A stretch of DNA of 64,000 nt from Macrostomum lignano (GCA_002269645.1 NIVC01002121.1:116193-180192), one strand, 5' to 3'. Positions 1 through 15,188 are shown, counted from the stretch's first letter. A program made the numbers and translations. Notes: generated by a model from the sequence alone, not told the origin.

Positions 1-730
1 CTTCCTCTTGTATATCTGCACAAGCTAAGCAAATAAGCCAATGAGAGCCTAGAAAAAGTGCCCATGGTTATAAAATTTACCCTAAAAATCATTAGAGAAT
101 TTGATTGGAGAAGATGGTTAGAAAAAATGTATTGACTATATATAGGGTGGCCCATGTAATGCATATTCTGATTTAAAGTAAAATGTTAATAACTTTTGTC
201 ATTTGCAACCAATGTTGACAATATTTTAACACAACATTGCCACAAGTATAGCATTATATTTGCAAAATTTATGCATGTAAGCAAGCACTCACACATACAA
301 GATGAGGTCCAAAGTCAAATGTTAAAAAAGCAAGCTGCAGACATGCTCCACATTCACTGTGCTTTGTGTGTGTTTTTGTCAAAATTGTGCTTGAAATTTC
401 TAGCATACATGATATGATCCTAAGTATAGGATAAATATTATTGTCAATAATGCGGTTTAATAATTAAACATCAAACATATATTTTTGGGAATATCTAAAC
501 TAGCTCTAACTGCTTAAATTGAGAATAGTTAAGCTAATTTTTGTGTACCACATCTACTATCTATACTAACTGTTGCAAATATAACTGTGCATCTAAGATC
601 AGGGGATTGCATGTGTATAAATAACTACAATGGCTTGTAGTATGAATTGAACCTAAAGAACAGCCTTTGTATATGTGCCAGCACTAATTTTTTATCTGGG
701 TTTGGCATTTGCTACATCTATATTCTTATC

Positions 731-1136
731 TACATTATATAGGCTCTAGAATATATACCAATAGGTTTCAATATTTATTAATTTTACACCATTATATTAC
801 ATTATTAGAGCCTATATACATTATATAGTCTCTAGAATATATACCAATAGGTTTCAATATATATTAATTTTACACCATCATATTACATTATTAGAGCCTA
901 TATACATTATATAGTCTCTAGAATATATACCAATAGGTTTCAATATATATTAATTTTACACCATCATATTACATTATTAGAGCCTATATACATTATATAG
1001 TCTCTAGAATATACACCAATAGGTTTCAATATATATTAATTTTACACCATCATATTACATTATTAGAGCCTATATACATTATATAGTCTCTAGAATATAT
1101 ACCAATAGGTTTCAATATTTATTAATTTTACACCAT
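731..1136. repeat. AT-rich tandem repeat, 86-bp unit, ~4.7 copies
   Basis: CTCTAGAAT recurs at 744, 830, 916, 1002 and 1088 (period 86). Confidence 0.9.
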
Positions 1137-1372
1137 ATTTTGTTACAAGTGTTGTAAGCATAAATTTTATATCATCCATTAAAACATATTTATCATTAAA
1201 AAAGGGAAAGCAAGAAAAGTGAATATGGCTCATATTTTGGACTAGTAATTACGTAAAGTAAAGTTATTTGTTAAACTAAACCTAATTTATACTTATTCCA
1301 AAAGGATGCAGTAAAACAGTTATTAAACCTATCTTGCTCAAATATTTTCAGAGTGTTGATAATAAATATAGG

Positions 1373-3727
1373 ATGGAGCCACTAGGCATGGATCAGCAGC
1401 TTGTTGAGCAGCCACTCCAGCAACAACGACCTCCGCTAATACCACCCCGCCTACACAGGCGGCCAATAAACGATGAGATCAGGCCTCTGCCGCCTCTGCC
1501 GCCTCTGGCGGATCTTCAAGAACCTGTAGCAGACACTCGCAGTATCCAATCTGCGCGGCCTGAGAGTGGGACAGTTTGGCAGCGTGTCTGCCGAATCCTG
1601 ACGACCTGTCGCTTCATTGGCGGCAGGAGCAATCATCAAAGAGATTATCGAAGGGCCAACGAGTCTGAGATTAGTCTGCAAAATTTTGAAAGAAGCGGCA
1701 GGTTCGCGTACCAGATTAGCCGCCAAAGTGGACACTACCCCTGTATGTTTGACATCAAACAGATTAAACAGGTAAAGATTTCTTGCTGCCTTGAATTCTA
1801 CCTCTACTCCAGATCGCCCGTCTGACCTGCCTGTCCTGTCTGTCCTGTCTGTCCTACTTGTCTGCCTGTCCTGTCTGTCCTACTTGTCTGTCTGTCCTGT
1901 CTGTCCTGCCTGTCCTACTTGTCTGTCTGTCCTGTCTGTCCTGCCTGTCCTACTTGTCTGTCTGTCCTGTCTGTCCTGCCTGTCCTGTCTGTCCTACTTG
2001 TCTGCCTGTCCTGTCTGTCCTACTTGTCTGTCTGTCCTGCCTGTCCTGTCTGTCCTACTTGTCTGTCTGTCCTGCCTGTCTGTCTGTCCTGCCTGTCCTG
2101 TCTGTCCTACTTGTCTGTCTGTCCTGTCTGTCCTACTTGTCTGTCTGTCTTGTCCTGTCTGTCCTGTCTGCCGGTATGCCTGTTCCCAAGTGCAACATAA
2201 GGGGGTTGTAGCCTAGTGGTTAGAGCGTCAGACTGACGAATTGAAGCCTTCAAGGTCGAGGGTTCGATTCTCGACCCACTCGCAAACGTTTGTGTCATTG
2301 AGCAAGACACTTCACTCTGCATTGCTTCAGTCCATTCAGCTATAAAGTGGGTACCAGCATCAGCTGGGGTAATTGAGGCTGTGTGTGGCGACCACCCAGT
2401 CCTTGGACTGAACAGCCGTACGCAGCCTTCAGATGCGCCGCGCAATAGCTGCGGCTGAGCTGTCGGTTGCACATCTGGTCCGATTGGGGCAGGTTTGATC
2501 TGTTTTTATATTATTATTATTATTAACTGCAAAACTCCCAGATGAAATCGCTCCCGTCCCCACAGATGCCGTGGTACTTCGGTCCCCTGAATAGCGCCGA
2601 TGTGACTAGAATTTTGGCCGGCCGACCCAATGGATCGTTTATTGTGCGAGAATCGCCCTATAATTTAAATGTTTTCTATCTATGCCTGCTTTATAATGGC
2701 TTAACATTTGACACCAAAATCGTTTGCGAGTCCAGTGAGTCATGAAAGTGGAAATCATTCTACTTGTATCAATAGCTTACAGTAGGGTGCAGTAGCCGTT
2801 GTACAGAATATATTAGTTCACCTGTACACTTGTAAGATTAGTTCACCTGTACACTTGTAAGATTAGTTCACCTGTACACTTGTCAGAGTAGCTCACCTGT
2901 ACACTTGTCAGAGTAGCTCACCTGTACACTTGTCAGAGTAGCTCACCTGTACACTTGTCAGATTAGCTCACCTGTACACTTGTCAGAGTAGCTCACCTGT
3001 ACACTTGTCAGAGTAGCTCACCTGTACACTTGTCAGAGTAGCTCACCTGTACACTTGTCAGAGTAGCTCACCTGTACACTTGTCAGAGTAGCTCACCTGT
3101 ACACTTGTCAGAGTAGCTCACCTGTACACTTGTCAGAGTAGCTCACCTGTACACTTGTCAGAGTAGCTCACCTGTACACTTGTCAGAGTAGCTCACCTGT
3201 ACACTTGTCAGAGTAGCTCACCTGTACACTTGTACCTGTATACTCAATAGTTGTGATTTAGTAGGTAGCATTTTTTTCCTTTTTACTAAAAAGAAATATT
3301 CTTTAATACAGGTGTCTTCCATCTCAGCTGGCGTGATATGAATATTCGGTCGCGCACGAATCTAACGGACCTTATTGATTACCTGGTTCGAGATTCCAGA
3401 AGCGTTAGATCCGCCAATACATGTAGCACCCGCTATTTATTGCCACAACCGACCGCTGATGACCCGTTAAAGCTGGCCCCGCTTAGCCGTAACTCTGTTT
3501 TACCATCGCTAAAACATCTGTGCCGTTTCGAGATCATGGCCCGCATTCGTGGCAGACAGCTTGGAGCCAGCGCAGCTGTCGGGTTGCTTCCGTTGCCAAA
3601 TTCTCTGCAGCAGTATCTGCTTGTAGAGCAGTACTTTGTTGAGAATGTGAGCCAGTTTGAGCTGCAGCCGCTACCGCAATCGCCAATCGCGCAGGATTTC
3701 CATCAAGTCGAGAGTTTCTACGAGTAG
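1373..3727 (+). CDS. SOCS-family protein (SH2 + SOCS box); join(1373..1771,2542..2734,3312..3727), ~335 aa
   Basis: Exon 2 WYFGPLNSADVTRILAGRPNGSFIVRES is an SH2 N-terminus; exon 3 LPSLKHLCRFEI...LPLPNSLQQYL is a SOCS box. GT-AG junctions keep frame (phases 0, 1). Start codon is tentative. Confidence 0.8.
1822..2170. repeat. Low-complexity (CCTGT/CTGT)n array in SOCS intron 1
   Basis: Degenerate 4-5-nt units; explains the spurious CLSCLS/CPVCP ORFs. Confidence 0.9.
2201..2460 (+). mobile_element. tRNA-derived SINE with CORE-like central domain (intact copy)
   Basis: Pol III A box TAGCCTAGTGG and B box GGTTCGATTCTC; central TGTGTCATTGAGCAAGACACTT...CAGCTATAAAGTGGG resembles the CORE domain. 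Related copies at 14308/23444 and 29102. Confidence 0.8.
2813..3237. repeat. 25-bp minisatellite (AGCTCACCTGTACACTTGTCAGAGT), ~17 copies, SOCS intron 2
   Basis: Head-to-tail near-identical units, no spacers. Confidence 0.95.
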
Positions 3728-4639
3728 AAGAGTAACCAGACAGACATGCGCAACATCTAAAATTACACCGGTCATGCGACCTGGTTTTGACTGAAAATGC
3801 AACTTAGTTTTGCGACTTACCTGAAAGTTTTTTTTTAAATTTTTCAAGCAAAGTATAAAATTACAATATTTGGGGAGTGACATTGTCAGGTTAGTGGGTG
3901 AGTGACAATATTATTCTAGGGGAGTGACATTGCCAGGTTAGTGAGTGAGTGACAATATTCTAAGGGTAGTGACGTTAAGTCATCTATTCTCGTATTACAA
4001 TGCGATGGCATTTTCAACGGCCAATTTCAACTATATGGTGCGTATTTAAACGCTAGAACATTTTCTAATCTCTTCCGTATATGAACCGAAAACTTCGCAT
4101 TTTAAAGCGTTAATCTTTTAAAACTATTCCCTGTGCATTCTATAATACAATCTGCTATTTTACTATTATTTTTACTATTTGCTACTCCAGGTTGGTTAAT
4201 TACCATGCTTAATCCTCATTACAGTCCGAAATCCGTTTAGATTTCAGATATGTCTACTCCAGATTTATAGAGTTCTGTGCTTTATCCTTGATACATTTTT
4301 ATCTTTAACACAAGTCTGAGTGACACCGAGTTACACAACACCATTGATCAAATGTCGTTTTTTAGCTGCATATAATTCATCAATATAGGAGCAAATTAAA
4401 AAGTAAATTTCACATCATTTCATTTCTGTATGTTTCTGGTATTGCGTTCTGTATAATCCGTCATTTTTTATAATATTTCTACTACAAAGCAAGTATAAAT
4501 ACAAAAAAATCGTTCATTTTTGTTTTTTAAATAGTTTTCACCCTCGTCTTCTATTCTTTTAGCTAACTGTACAGTAAAGGGTGGACAGATAGATAGTAGG
4601 TAGAAGACAGGTAAACTCACAAACAGATAAGTAAATAGA

Positions 4640-5758
<1,119 letters not shown>

Positions 5759-5987
5759 CTGATATTCATAAACAGACATAGCATTTATACATATTAAGAA
5801 AGCAGGCAATTAGAAATCATTGTATAAATTAGTGCCATCTCCAACCTCATTTAACTTTTATGCATGTTTACTAACTATAACCGCGTAAAGGCTGTCGAAA
5901 TTCGACCGATTCTATCGAAACAATTATCAAAAGTACATTCGCACCCGCCATTAGCTACTAACTAACAGTCCAGTAGTATAGAGAAGA

Positions 5988-8900
5988 ATGCTGCAGATAA
6001 AAGCGCTGTTCTATCTGACTATGCTGGCACTCAGTCTTGTCCAGCTTGTCAGCTCAGACGAGCACAACCACGTGTACGAGGAGGGCGAAGAGGTCGTACT
6101 GTGGATGAACACCGTCGGCCCCTACCACAATAGACAGGAGACTTACACTTATTTTTCCCTGCCATTCTGCCGCGGTCCCAAGCAGGACATTGCCCATTAC
6201 CACGAGACGCTTGGCGAAGCTTTGCAAGGCGTTGAATTGGAATTGTCCGGCTTAGACATCGACTTCAACGTGCCGGTGAAGCGGACCACCTATTGCGAGG
6301 TGACGCTGTCCGAGGAGAAGGCCGAAGCGTTCATATACGCCGTTAAAAATCACTATTGGTACCAGATGTACATTGACGACCTGCCAATCTGGGGTATTGT
6401 TGGCGAAATTAGCAAAGACGATCCGCCGCAGTTCTATCTGTGGACGCACAAGAAATTAGATATTGGCGTCAATGCCAAACAGATTGTTGATGTTAATCTC
6501 ACTAGCGACTCTAAAGTGCTGATTAAACCTGGCGCCAAGGTTACCTTCTCTTACGAGGTCACGTTTAAACCTTCGAAGGTGCAATTTGCCGACCGGTTTG
6601 ATAAGTATCTGGACCCGAGCTTCTTCCAACACCGGATTCATTGGTTCTCGATCTTCAATTCGTTTATGATGGTTGTATTCCTTGTTGGCCTGGTGTCCAT
6701 GATCCTGATGCGAACTCTGCGCAAAGACTACGATCGCTACAATAAGGCCGACGATGTGGACGATTTGGAGCGGGATCTCGGAGATGAGTACGGCTGGAAG
6801 CAGGTCAGGAGCAGCTACATGTAGTTATCTCAGTGTGTGTTGGGCTTGGGCTGTCGTTGACGGATATAGAAGGAAGAAAAATCTGGAAGCAATTATGATC
6901 AGAGTTAACTAAGTAACTTCAGAGCAAATAAGATTATAAAATATTTTTCCATTCAATGGCATGAGCAAACGGATTTAGTAAACTTGATTGATGTTATCTA
7001 ATGAGCAATCCAGTCAGTGCCCTTTTATTCGTTAATTAGCAGCTATAAATTTTGTTTTTGCGGCTTATACTCGTAGCTTGCAGTGTCGCTTAAGTGGCGT
7101 AAGGCGAGTACGAAATGTCGCAAAACACCGTCAGACAAGCAATGACCGACGCTAAAATTCAGAATCGGGGTTGGGCTAAAGCAGGGGTCTCCAACCCACT
7201 GTTAGCAGCGGGCCGCATTCAATATTTATTTAAGATACGCGGGCCGCAAAAAGTGCACAAAAGTTAAGAAAAATTTAGTCAAAGTCAAGATATAGCATTA
7301 GTCTACTACAAAATGACACCTTTCCCTACAAAACTACACCTTTCCCAACAAAATGACACCTTTCCCTACAAAATGACACCTTTCCCAACAAAATGACACC
7401 TTTCCCTACAAAATGACACCTTTCCCTACAAAATGACACCTTTCCCTACAAAATGACACCTTTCCCTACAAAATGACACCTTTCCCTACAAAACTACACC
7501 TTTCCCAACAAAATGACACCTTTCCCTACAAAATGACACCTTTCCCTACAAAATGACACCTTTCCCAACAAAATGACACCTTTCCCTACAAAATGACACC
7601 TTTCCCAACAAAATGACACCTTTCCCTACAAAATGACACCTTTCCCTGCAAAATGACACCTTTCCCTACAAAATGACACATTTCCCTACAAAATGACACC
7701 TTTCCCTACAAAATGACACCTTTCCCAACAAAATGACACCTTTCCCTACAAAATGACACCTTTCCCTACAAAATGACACCTTTCCCTACAAAATGACACC
7801 TTTCCCTACAAAATGACACCTTTCCCTACAAAATGACACCTTTCCCAACAAAATGACACCTTTCCCTACAAAATGACACCTTTCCCTGCAAAATGACACC
7901 TTTCCCTACAAAATGACACCTTTCCCTACAAAATGACACCTTTCCCTACAAAATGACACCTTTCCCTACAAAATGACACTTTAAGACTACTGACTGCTTG
8001 GATAGTTGAGGCAAAATTGATTAAATTGCATAAGTCAGTGTTGCGATTATCCGACAGCAATGATAACCACGTGAGTTGCGTGATACCGTTGCCTTGGCAA
8101 CAGAAAGATCTCCGACCGCGCATACTTTTCGCATCAATACTTGTCACAACCTTCGATATTTGATAGTGAATTTCCGGGATGGGGTGTTCAAAATGCTGCA
8201 AGTTACTTATATCATAGCAATTCAAGCAGTAGGGAGTATTACACGCCTACTTAACGGCGATCGTTAAATCTTGTTAACCGTAAGGCCGCATTTGTACATT
8301 GCCGAAATTGCCGATACAGTCATGGGTGCTCGCAGACAATCTTGCTCAACAGTTGTATTCAGAAATAGCTTTTGACTCTTATTGCGTGTACCGGTATGGG
8401 GGTAATTGAGCCAATAGATTCTCACAGCGTGTCAAAAATTGTTTATAACCCCCCTCCCAGGTGCACGGTGACGTGTTCCGCGCCCCAACCCAGCCGCTGC
8501 TATTCTCCGTCCTGATTGGCTCCGGCCTGCAGCTGGCCTGCGTCATTCTGGCCGTAGTCAGCCTGGCCATGCTAGTAGAGATGTACACCGAGCGGGGCAG
8601 CCTGCTGTCAGCCACTATCTTTGTGTACGCGGCCGCCAGCCCAGTTGGCGGATTCGTTGGCGGCGCCCTGTACGCCAGATCCGGCGGCAGGAAGTGGATC
8701 AAGCAGGCCGTGGTGCAGGCCTTGTTTATACCGGCTCTGCTCACCTCGGTGGCTCTGTCTGTCAATCTGATCGCTATCGGCTATCGGGCCTCGCGCAGCC
8801 TGCCAGTGCTGCACAGCATCGCCATGCTGGCAATCCTTGGCTTCGTCATCCTGCCGCTGAGCCTTGTTGGCACCGTGCTGGGCCGCAACCTGGCTGGCCA

Positions 8901-9926
8901 GCCCAACCTGCCCTGTCGGGTTCGTTTCGTCTGGGGTTTTAGCTGTTGCTATGGCAATGCATCGGATGTATCACTGTCGTATCAGCTGATCCCAATGTCC
9001 TGTGATCTCCTATCATGTCAGCAGATTCCCACCATGTCAGCTGATCCCAATGTCATGTCAGCCGATTCCCATCATGTCAGCTGATCCCCATCATGTCAGC
9101 CGATTCCCATTATGTCAGCCGATCCCCATCATGTCAGCTGATCCCCATCATGTCAGCCGATTCCCATCATGTCAGCTGATCCCCATCATGTCAGCCGATT
9201 CCCATCATGTCAGCTGATCCCCATCATGTCAGCTGATCCCCATCATGTCAGTTGATCCCCATCATGTCAGCCGATTCCCATTATGTCAGCTGATCCCAAT
9301 GTCATGTCAGCCGATTCCCATGTCAGCTGATCCCCATCATGTTAGCTGATCCCCATCATGTCAGTTGATCCCCATCATGTCAGCTGACTCCCATAATGTC
9401 AGTAGCTTATTACTATCTTATCAACCCATTACCCCATCCCCAGGTGAACGCGGTGCCCCGGCCCATACCTGAGAAGCGCTGGTTCATGGAGCCGCCAGTC
9501 ATCTGCCTGCTAGGCGGCCTGCTGCCCTTCGGCTCGATCTTCATCGAGATGTACTTCGTATTCACCTCGTTTTGGGCCTACAAAGTCTATTACGTGTTTG
9601 GCTTCAGTTTCCTGGTGTTCCTCATCCTGCTGTGCGTCACCGGCTGCGTCACGGTCGTGTGTGCCTACTTCCTATTGAACTCCGAGGACTACCGCTGGCA
9701 GTGGTGCTCCTTCCTCTCCGGAGCGTCCACCGCCCTCTATCTGTACATGTACGCCGTGTACTATTTCTTTTTCAAGACCAAAATGTACGGCCTGTTCCAG
9801 ACATCATTCTACTTTGGTTACATGGCCCTGTTCTGCGCCGCTTTGGCTCTGGTCTGCGGCGCTATCGGTTTTGTGGCTACTAGCTTGTTTGTCCGCAAGA
9901 TCTATTCTACAGTGAAGATTGACTGA
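5988..9926 (+). CDS. TM9SF3: Transmembrane 9 superfamily member 3; join(5988..6803,8461..8919,9444..9926), 585 aa
   Basis: Signal peptide, [51 protein letters not shown]|VHGDVFR, PCR|[11 protein letters not shown] and C-terminal [10 protein letters not shown]. All three exons join in phase 0 with GT-AG. Confidence 0.95.
7310..7980. repeat. 20-bp minisatellite (AAATGACACCTTTCCCTACA), ~33 copies, TM9SF3 intron 1
   Basis: Head-to-tail units. Confidence 0.95.
9010..9395. repeat. ~19-bp minisatellite (GCTGATCCCCATCATGTCA/GCCGATTCCCATCATGTCA), TM9SF3 intron 2
   Basis: Alternating variant units. Confidence 0.9.
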
Positions 9927-10351
9927 GCTTCTCCGGCTCTGTGTGTGAACTTTAAGCTGAGGTTTATTGGCTGAACAGTGAAATTTCATCATTAGACTGT
10001 TCTTTGCTTGCTTTAAACTTTAAACATTCAGTTTAGACTAGTAATAAGGTGGAGTTTGCATGCCCGCAATTTGGATGTATTGCAGCTATATCACAGGGAG
10101 CATTTGAGAGTCTATTCTTAACGCTGTAGAGAAACTGGGAATGTCATGTAGTGTAGATTTTGTCCAAACCACAGTTACTAGAATAACTAGATAAGAGCGT
10201 CTACTCTTTTTCAGTAGTTTGTCTGCGCAGTGTCACATAAGTTAAATGTGGCAGCTAAAATTTCATTTCCTTCCTCGGGGTTGCAGCGTCAGGAGTAAAT
10301 GGGGTTAGGAATGAACAACAAGCAATTTAACTGGATGTACACAAGTGACTA

Positions 10352-10522
10352 AGGGGCAGGTCCAATCTTGCACAGCCAATGAGAGAACAGTGAGGAGAGA
10401 GGTTAAAGTCAGACGGATGAAAACTCAGCCTAGAGGGCAGGCCCAATCTGGCTCAGCCAATGAGAGAGCAGTAAGGAGAGAGGGGTTAAATGTAGAAGGA
10501 CGGATCTCAGCCTAGAGGGCAG
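10352..10522. repeat. Tandem ~80-bp duplication carrying CCAAT motifs
   Basis: GGGCAG(G)T/CCCAATCT..CAGCCAATGAGAGA..GAGGAGAGA...CTCAGCCTAGAGGGCAG occurs twice. Confidence 0.6.
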
Positions 10523-11449
10523 TCTGTCCGTCTTTTCGGATTTAGTTTTAGTTGGTAGGAAAAAAGAAGAAATGCGGGTCACACGAATAACTTGCTGTAT
10601 GTCTGCTTTTCTCCCTATAGTTTTCTTTTATTTTATGTTTAGCTTTTAGCTAGATGTGATGTGTTCGCAACATTTATCTGACTAAATAGCTGGTCAATAG
10701 TAAGTCCATTGCCATTTCTGTGTTGGTGACTCGATTTACTACTATCAATAGTTGTAGTAGTACTATATATCGCAAATTGTTTTTGTCTGGCTTTTTGCTT
10801 TACTCGTCTACAGTTCACGTGTCCCGTTTAATAATTTTTATTTTCTCCTAACAAAAATTTTAGTTTTGGTCGAGCAAAATGTTTTTTTTATTTGAGGTAA
10901 TATCTTGCTATGTAGATTAGTTCTCTGCGCTCATTTGGTATTACGCTTGACTATATACACAATACTGGTGTTTATTTGTATAATTATTGGTAAATCTAAT
11001 CATCTTTAGTGTCTGTCTAACTAACGTAAAATCGTTTTTCTGTTCGTATACTGACTTTAATACGAGAAAGTAAGTATTTATGTCGAGAAAGTAATTTGTA
11101 TGTCCCGATGTTAAACCCTTCATTTTAGTATAATTAGTATTCTAATTTAATTAATTCTCCGCAATCTTCTGTTGTATATCCGGCTGTGGGGTGTTATTGA
11201 ATTTCTATTATTTTTTAACTGACATTCTATTATGTATGTATGGATGCGGAAGTTAGGCCGCAGGTTAATGCTAGTAAATGGTTTTGCTATTTAAAAATAT
11301 TATTGTTTTATAATTTTCTTTTGTCAGATTCTCTCTTGTTAGTAGAAAAGATTAAAGCGATAAGAGAGCTGGTCAATAAAAAGAGGTGTGTGGATGTTCG
11401 TTGCCTGGCTATGGAGTGAGGTGGGGTCACTGTGCATTCATTGTACAAG

Positions 11450-11930
11450 CTAATATACATTCAGTGTACAACCAAATGTGCATTCAGTGTACAACCAGAT
11501 GTACATTCAGTGTACAAGCTAATTTACATTCAGTTTACAAACTAATGTACATTCAGTGTACAAGCTAATGTACCTTCAGTGTACAGCCGAATGTGCATTC
11601 ATTTTACAACCGAATTTTCATTCAGTGTACAACTACATGTACTTTCAGCAGTGTACAACCAAATGTACATTCAGTGTACAAGCTAATGTACATTTAGTTT
11701 ACAAGCTAATGTACATTCAGTTTACAAACTAATGTACATTCAGTGTACAAGCTAATGTTCATTCAGTCTACAAGCCAATGTGCATTCATTTTACAACCGA
11801 ATTTTCATTCAGTGTACAACTACATGTACTTTCAGCAGTGTACAACCGAATGTGCGTTCAGTGTAAAACCAAATGTACATTCAGTGTACAACCAAATGTA
11901 CATTCAGTGTACAAGCTAATGTACATTCAG
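11450..11930. repeat. Degenerate ~23-bp minisatellite (AATGTACATTCAGTGTACAAGCT)
   Basis: Direct inspection. Confidence 0.85.
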
Positions 11931-14307
11931 TGGTAATGCTTAAGCGTCATTTCGTTTACACCTGGTGCGGTGGAATTATCTGTTTTATAAATATAATTAA
12001 TTAAAAAGCACTCACAATGATTTTTGTCTGTTTTCTATATTGTGTAACTATTATCATTATTATGATTAGCTGTGTTTATCGGTCTTTTCATGCGTATTTC
12101 TTCATTTCGTCCCGATGGCTCTAAACAAAGTTTTTCCTATCGATTTGTCGTCGCCAACTTTTTTCTCTTTTCCTTTTCGTCCTCTTCGCTTCTTCTTTTG
12201 GTCTCTTGAATTTAAGTTAATTGGATGGTTTTTTGCTTTCTCTAATTCTCTTAGTAAGGTAATTATTATTCACTCTATTGTGTTTAGATGGGTGTTTTTG
12301 TTTTATTATTATTACTATTATATTTATAACTACTACTGTTAGTATGTATTTGATTATTCGGAGTCGCTAAGTAATTATACCTACACCCTGTGTGCAGCCC
12401 TCTACCATTTCAAACTTTTGTTTTACTTTTTAGCCTGTGTTATACTCTCTCACCATGTGCAAATGTGTGCTGATAAATAAAATAATATATGCAGAAATTA
12501 ATAATTTAGCTGCCCGCTTGCATTGGAATCTTCTTTTGGCTGACTTATACCGTATGTTTTTGAGTTCTCTTGAATCTTCTTGAATATCAGAGTGCCCTAG
12601 TGCGTCAGTGCGTCAGTGTTCTCTCCTTTGTCTCCTCTCTGCTTCATCTCTCATAGAAATTTCGCCTATTCAAATCCGGGCAGGCCGCAGGCAGTGGATG
12701 TCTCAGCTGGCGAGATCTAAAACTTAATAAGAAGAACGAAATTTTTTGCCTTTGTTTTTTCTTTACTTTTGATTTCGGTAGCAGATACCAGAATAACCGT
12801 GCTACATTGCAGTAGTCAAAGGCTGTGCTATCATCGGATCTGCGTCGGTGAGAGATAGTTCTTGGAAAGCCCGATCACAGAATCCAGGAAAACATTAAGA
12901 ATCGCCTGATACGAGAAGATTCTATGGTTCATCTCCGAGTATTAGGCGATATTTCTTTGTGCTCGGATGTAATCCACGGCCTGTGCGGCTCGAATAAAAT
13001 GCATTATTCTATGGCTTACCGAGTCTTTATGATTGTCCAAGGAACGCCATTTCTCCATTATTTCAGGCTTCCAGCGCGCGCTTCAACCATAGACAAAACA
13101 GTTTATTAAACAGAAGTGACGATAAATACACGGCGATTAATATACGCCGAAGACTCGAGGGCGCTAAGTAAATAGTGCCCGGAAAATAGCATGCTTTGTC
13201 TCATATAGAGCATGTACTCGTATACCTTAAACCACTTTAAAGCTCACTTTCAGGGAGGTTATTGACATAGATTTTATTTTGCGGGATTTAATCGATCACT
13301 TTCCCGGACATATTGCAAAGATTATTGTATGTATCTAAATAAGCGAGCTTCTCTCTTCTCTTCCTTCGTGACTCGAGAAATTTCTTAATGAAATTTTGTC
13401 TATGGTAAGATTGTGGGGGCTTCGCTTCGCCCCCACACCCCCATCCCCAACTTCAACCATAGACATACAAGTATGGATCCGGGATTTATCTGAATGCATC
13501 CCGCTAAATTAAAGTAGTTTAAATAAGATTCTATGGGTTTGAGGTCGGTATACAAAGGTAGACAAATGGTTGAAAAATTAAGCCCGCAACTTGACTAACT
13601 GCTTGGAATAGCGGGCAATATAAGGCTCACACCATGCTCTATGCAATTAAGAATACGTACATGTAAATATGAAATATGCGTATAACAGACACCGATATGA
13701 TCAGGAACAAACTATGCGTACATTGTGTGTTTTGAAACAAATTTTGATTAGAACGATGTGATTAAAGGGAGATTGGAATTCCCAGCATTGAGAGTTCCTA
13801 ATTCCTAGCATTTTTAGAAGACTGGGATTTCAAGCATTATTAGAAGATTGGGATTATAGGATTAAGCATCGACAAATAAATCATGTGCAAGCAGAAAGTG
13901 TCTCAAAAGAGAACAATTGTCACTCCGTCCAAATACGAAATGTCAATTCATCTGATATCAAAGCCTAACTTATTATAAATTAAAAGTACAATCAGCAAAG
14001 CTACAGGGTTGGCAAACATCGGCTCACGCACTGCTGTACTCGCATCTCATTGTTGTTGCGTTAATGAAACGGCCGTTGTGCTTCCCGTGGCTCGTGAAGT
14101 CATAAATGAAGCACCAGTTCGCAAGTCCTCGCGAACGTCAGGAACCAGACTCTGTTTGATTCTAGTAGCGAGGTAAATTTTGTGTTCTTTTAGCACTGAG
14201 AGAATGGCTTGCTCTGTATCTACTATCCTGTTCTACTTCAACCCTCACGCATTATCGATTTTTTTGGCGGGACCAAATAGATACGAGACTCGTAGTTCTT
14301 GGCCTGC

Positions 14308-14488
14308 GGTTGTAGCCTAGTGGTAAGAGTGTCGGACTCACGAATGAAAGGACGGGGGTTCGATTCTCGACCAAATCGGAACAGTTGGTGTACTTGAACA
14401 AGAAACTTAACTCTGCATTGCTTCAGTTCACCCAGCTGTAAAATGGGTGCCAGCATTAGCTGGGGTATTTGAGGGTGTGTGTGGCGAC
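14308..14488 (+). mobile_element. tRNA-derived SINE, 5' half (disrupted by the Polinton-like element)
   Basis: Colinear with 2201-2390 up to GTGTGTGGCGAC. Confidence 0.85.
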
Positions 14489-14872
14489 AGTAGTAGGTAA
14501 AACGACGCCTACAGACCCAGAGCACTTTTTTAACAGCCGTTTTAAGGGTCTAGAGGGGGGACACGGGGGTAAATAAAAAAACACATCTAAACACCCTTAA
14601 CACATCTAATCACCCTTAATCACCCATAAACACCCATAATCACCCACATTACCAAAAAAGCAATATAACCCATCCCCAACCCATCTTATCAGCCCCCCTC
14701 GTGTCCCCCCTCTGGAACCTTATAAACGGCCATTAAAAAAGGTCTGATCTGTAAGCGTCGTTTTACCTACTACTACACATCCAACACCCCCCAACACTTC
14801 TAACACTTCCAAATCTCTATAACCCCTCGCACGCGCCGCAGGCGCGAAGGGTCTTTTTCTGTTACTAAAAAT
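14489..14872 (+). repeat. Left terminal inverted repeat (384 bp)
   Basis: Reverse complement of 23061-23443; three differences seen by eye (one G-run indel, two substitutions). Confidence 0.95.
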
Positions 14873-15185
14873 GACCCGAGTTTACACCTTTTCTGTTAGT
14901 GATACTTTTGAGACTGTTGCTAAAAATGCAGAGATAATAAAACAACATATTTTGAATGGAATAATTGATGAAGTTTATTTGAAGTATGACGACAAGCACG
15001 ACCTAAAACTTTATCCATTAGAGTTGGATGAGATGTATGATTTAGAACAAGAGGGTGAGTTAATATTTCAACTTGGAGATTATTTAAATTCGGATGATTG
15101 GGAGGTTCGTTCAGATGATTCCAACTCAACAAATAGCTCATATGAAACTAGTGATTCTGAGAATGAAATTGAAATTTTTATGTAA
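14871..15185 (+). CDS. Element ORF: acidic hypothetical protein, 104 aa
   Basis: ATG at the TIR boundary in AAAAATG context; D/E/S-rich C-terminus; no family recognised. Confidence 0.6.
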   Translation: MTRVYTFSVSDTFETVAKNAEIIKQHILNGIIDEVYLKYDDKHDLKLYPLELDEMYDLEQEGELIFQLGDYLNSDDWEVRSDDSNSTNSSYETSDSENEIEIFM

Positions 15186-15188
15186 AAA

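Noticed and set aside
2201-2280. Functional tRNA genes at SINE heads (also 14308, 29102, and a reverse-strand tRNA-like patch at ~62775-62830)
   Set aside because: A and B boxes are present but there is no complete cloverleaf or T-run terminator, and the sequence continues into a SINE body.
7182-7250. hAT MITE starting CAGGGGTCTCCAAC
   Set aside because: No matching right TIR or TSD found.
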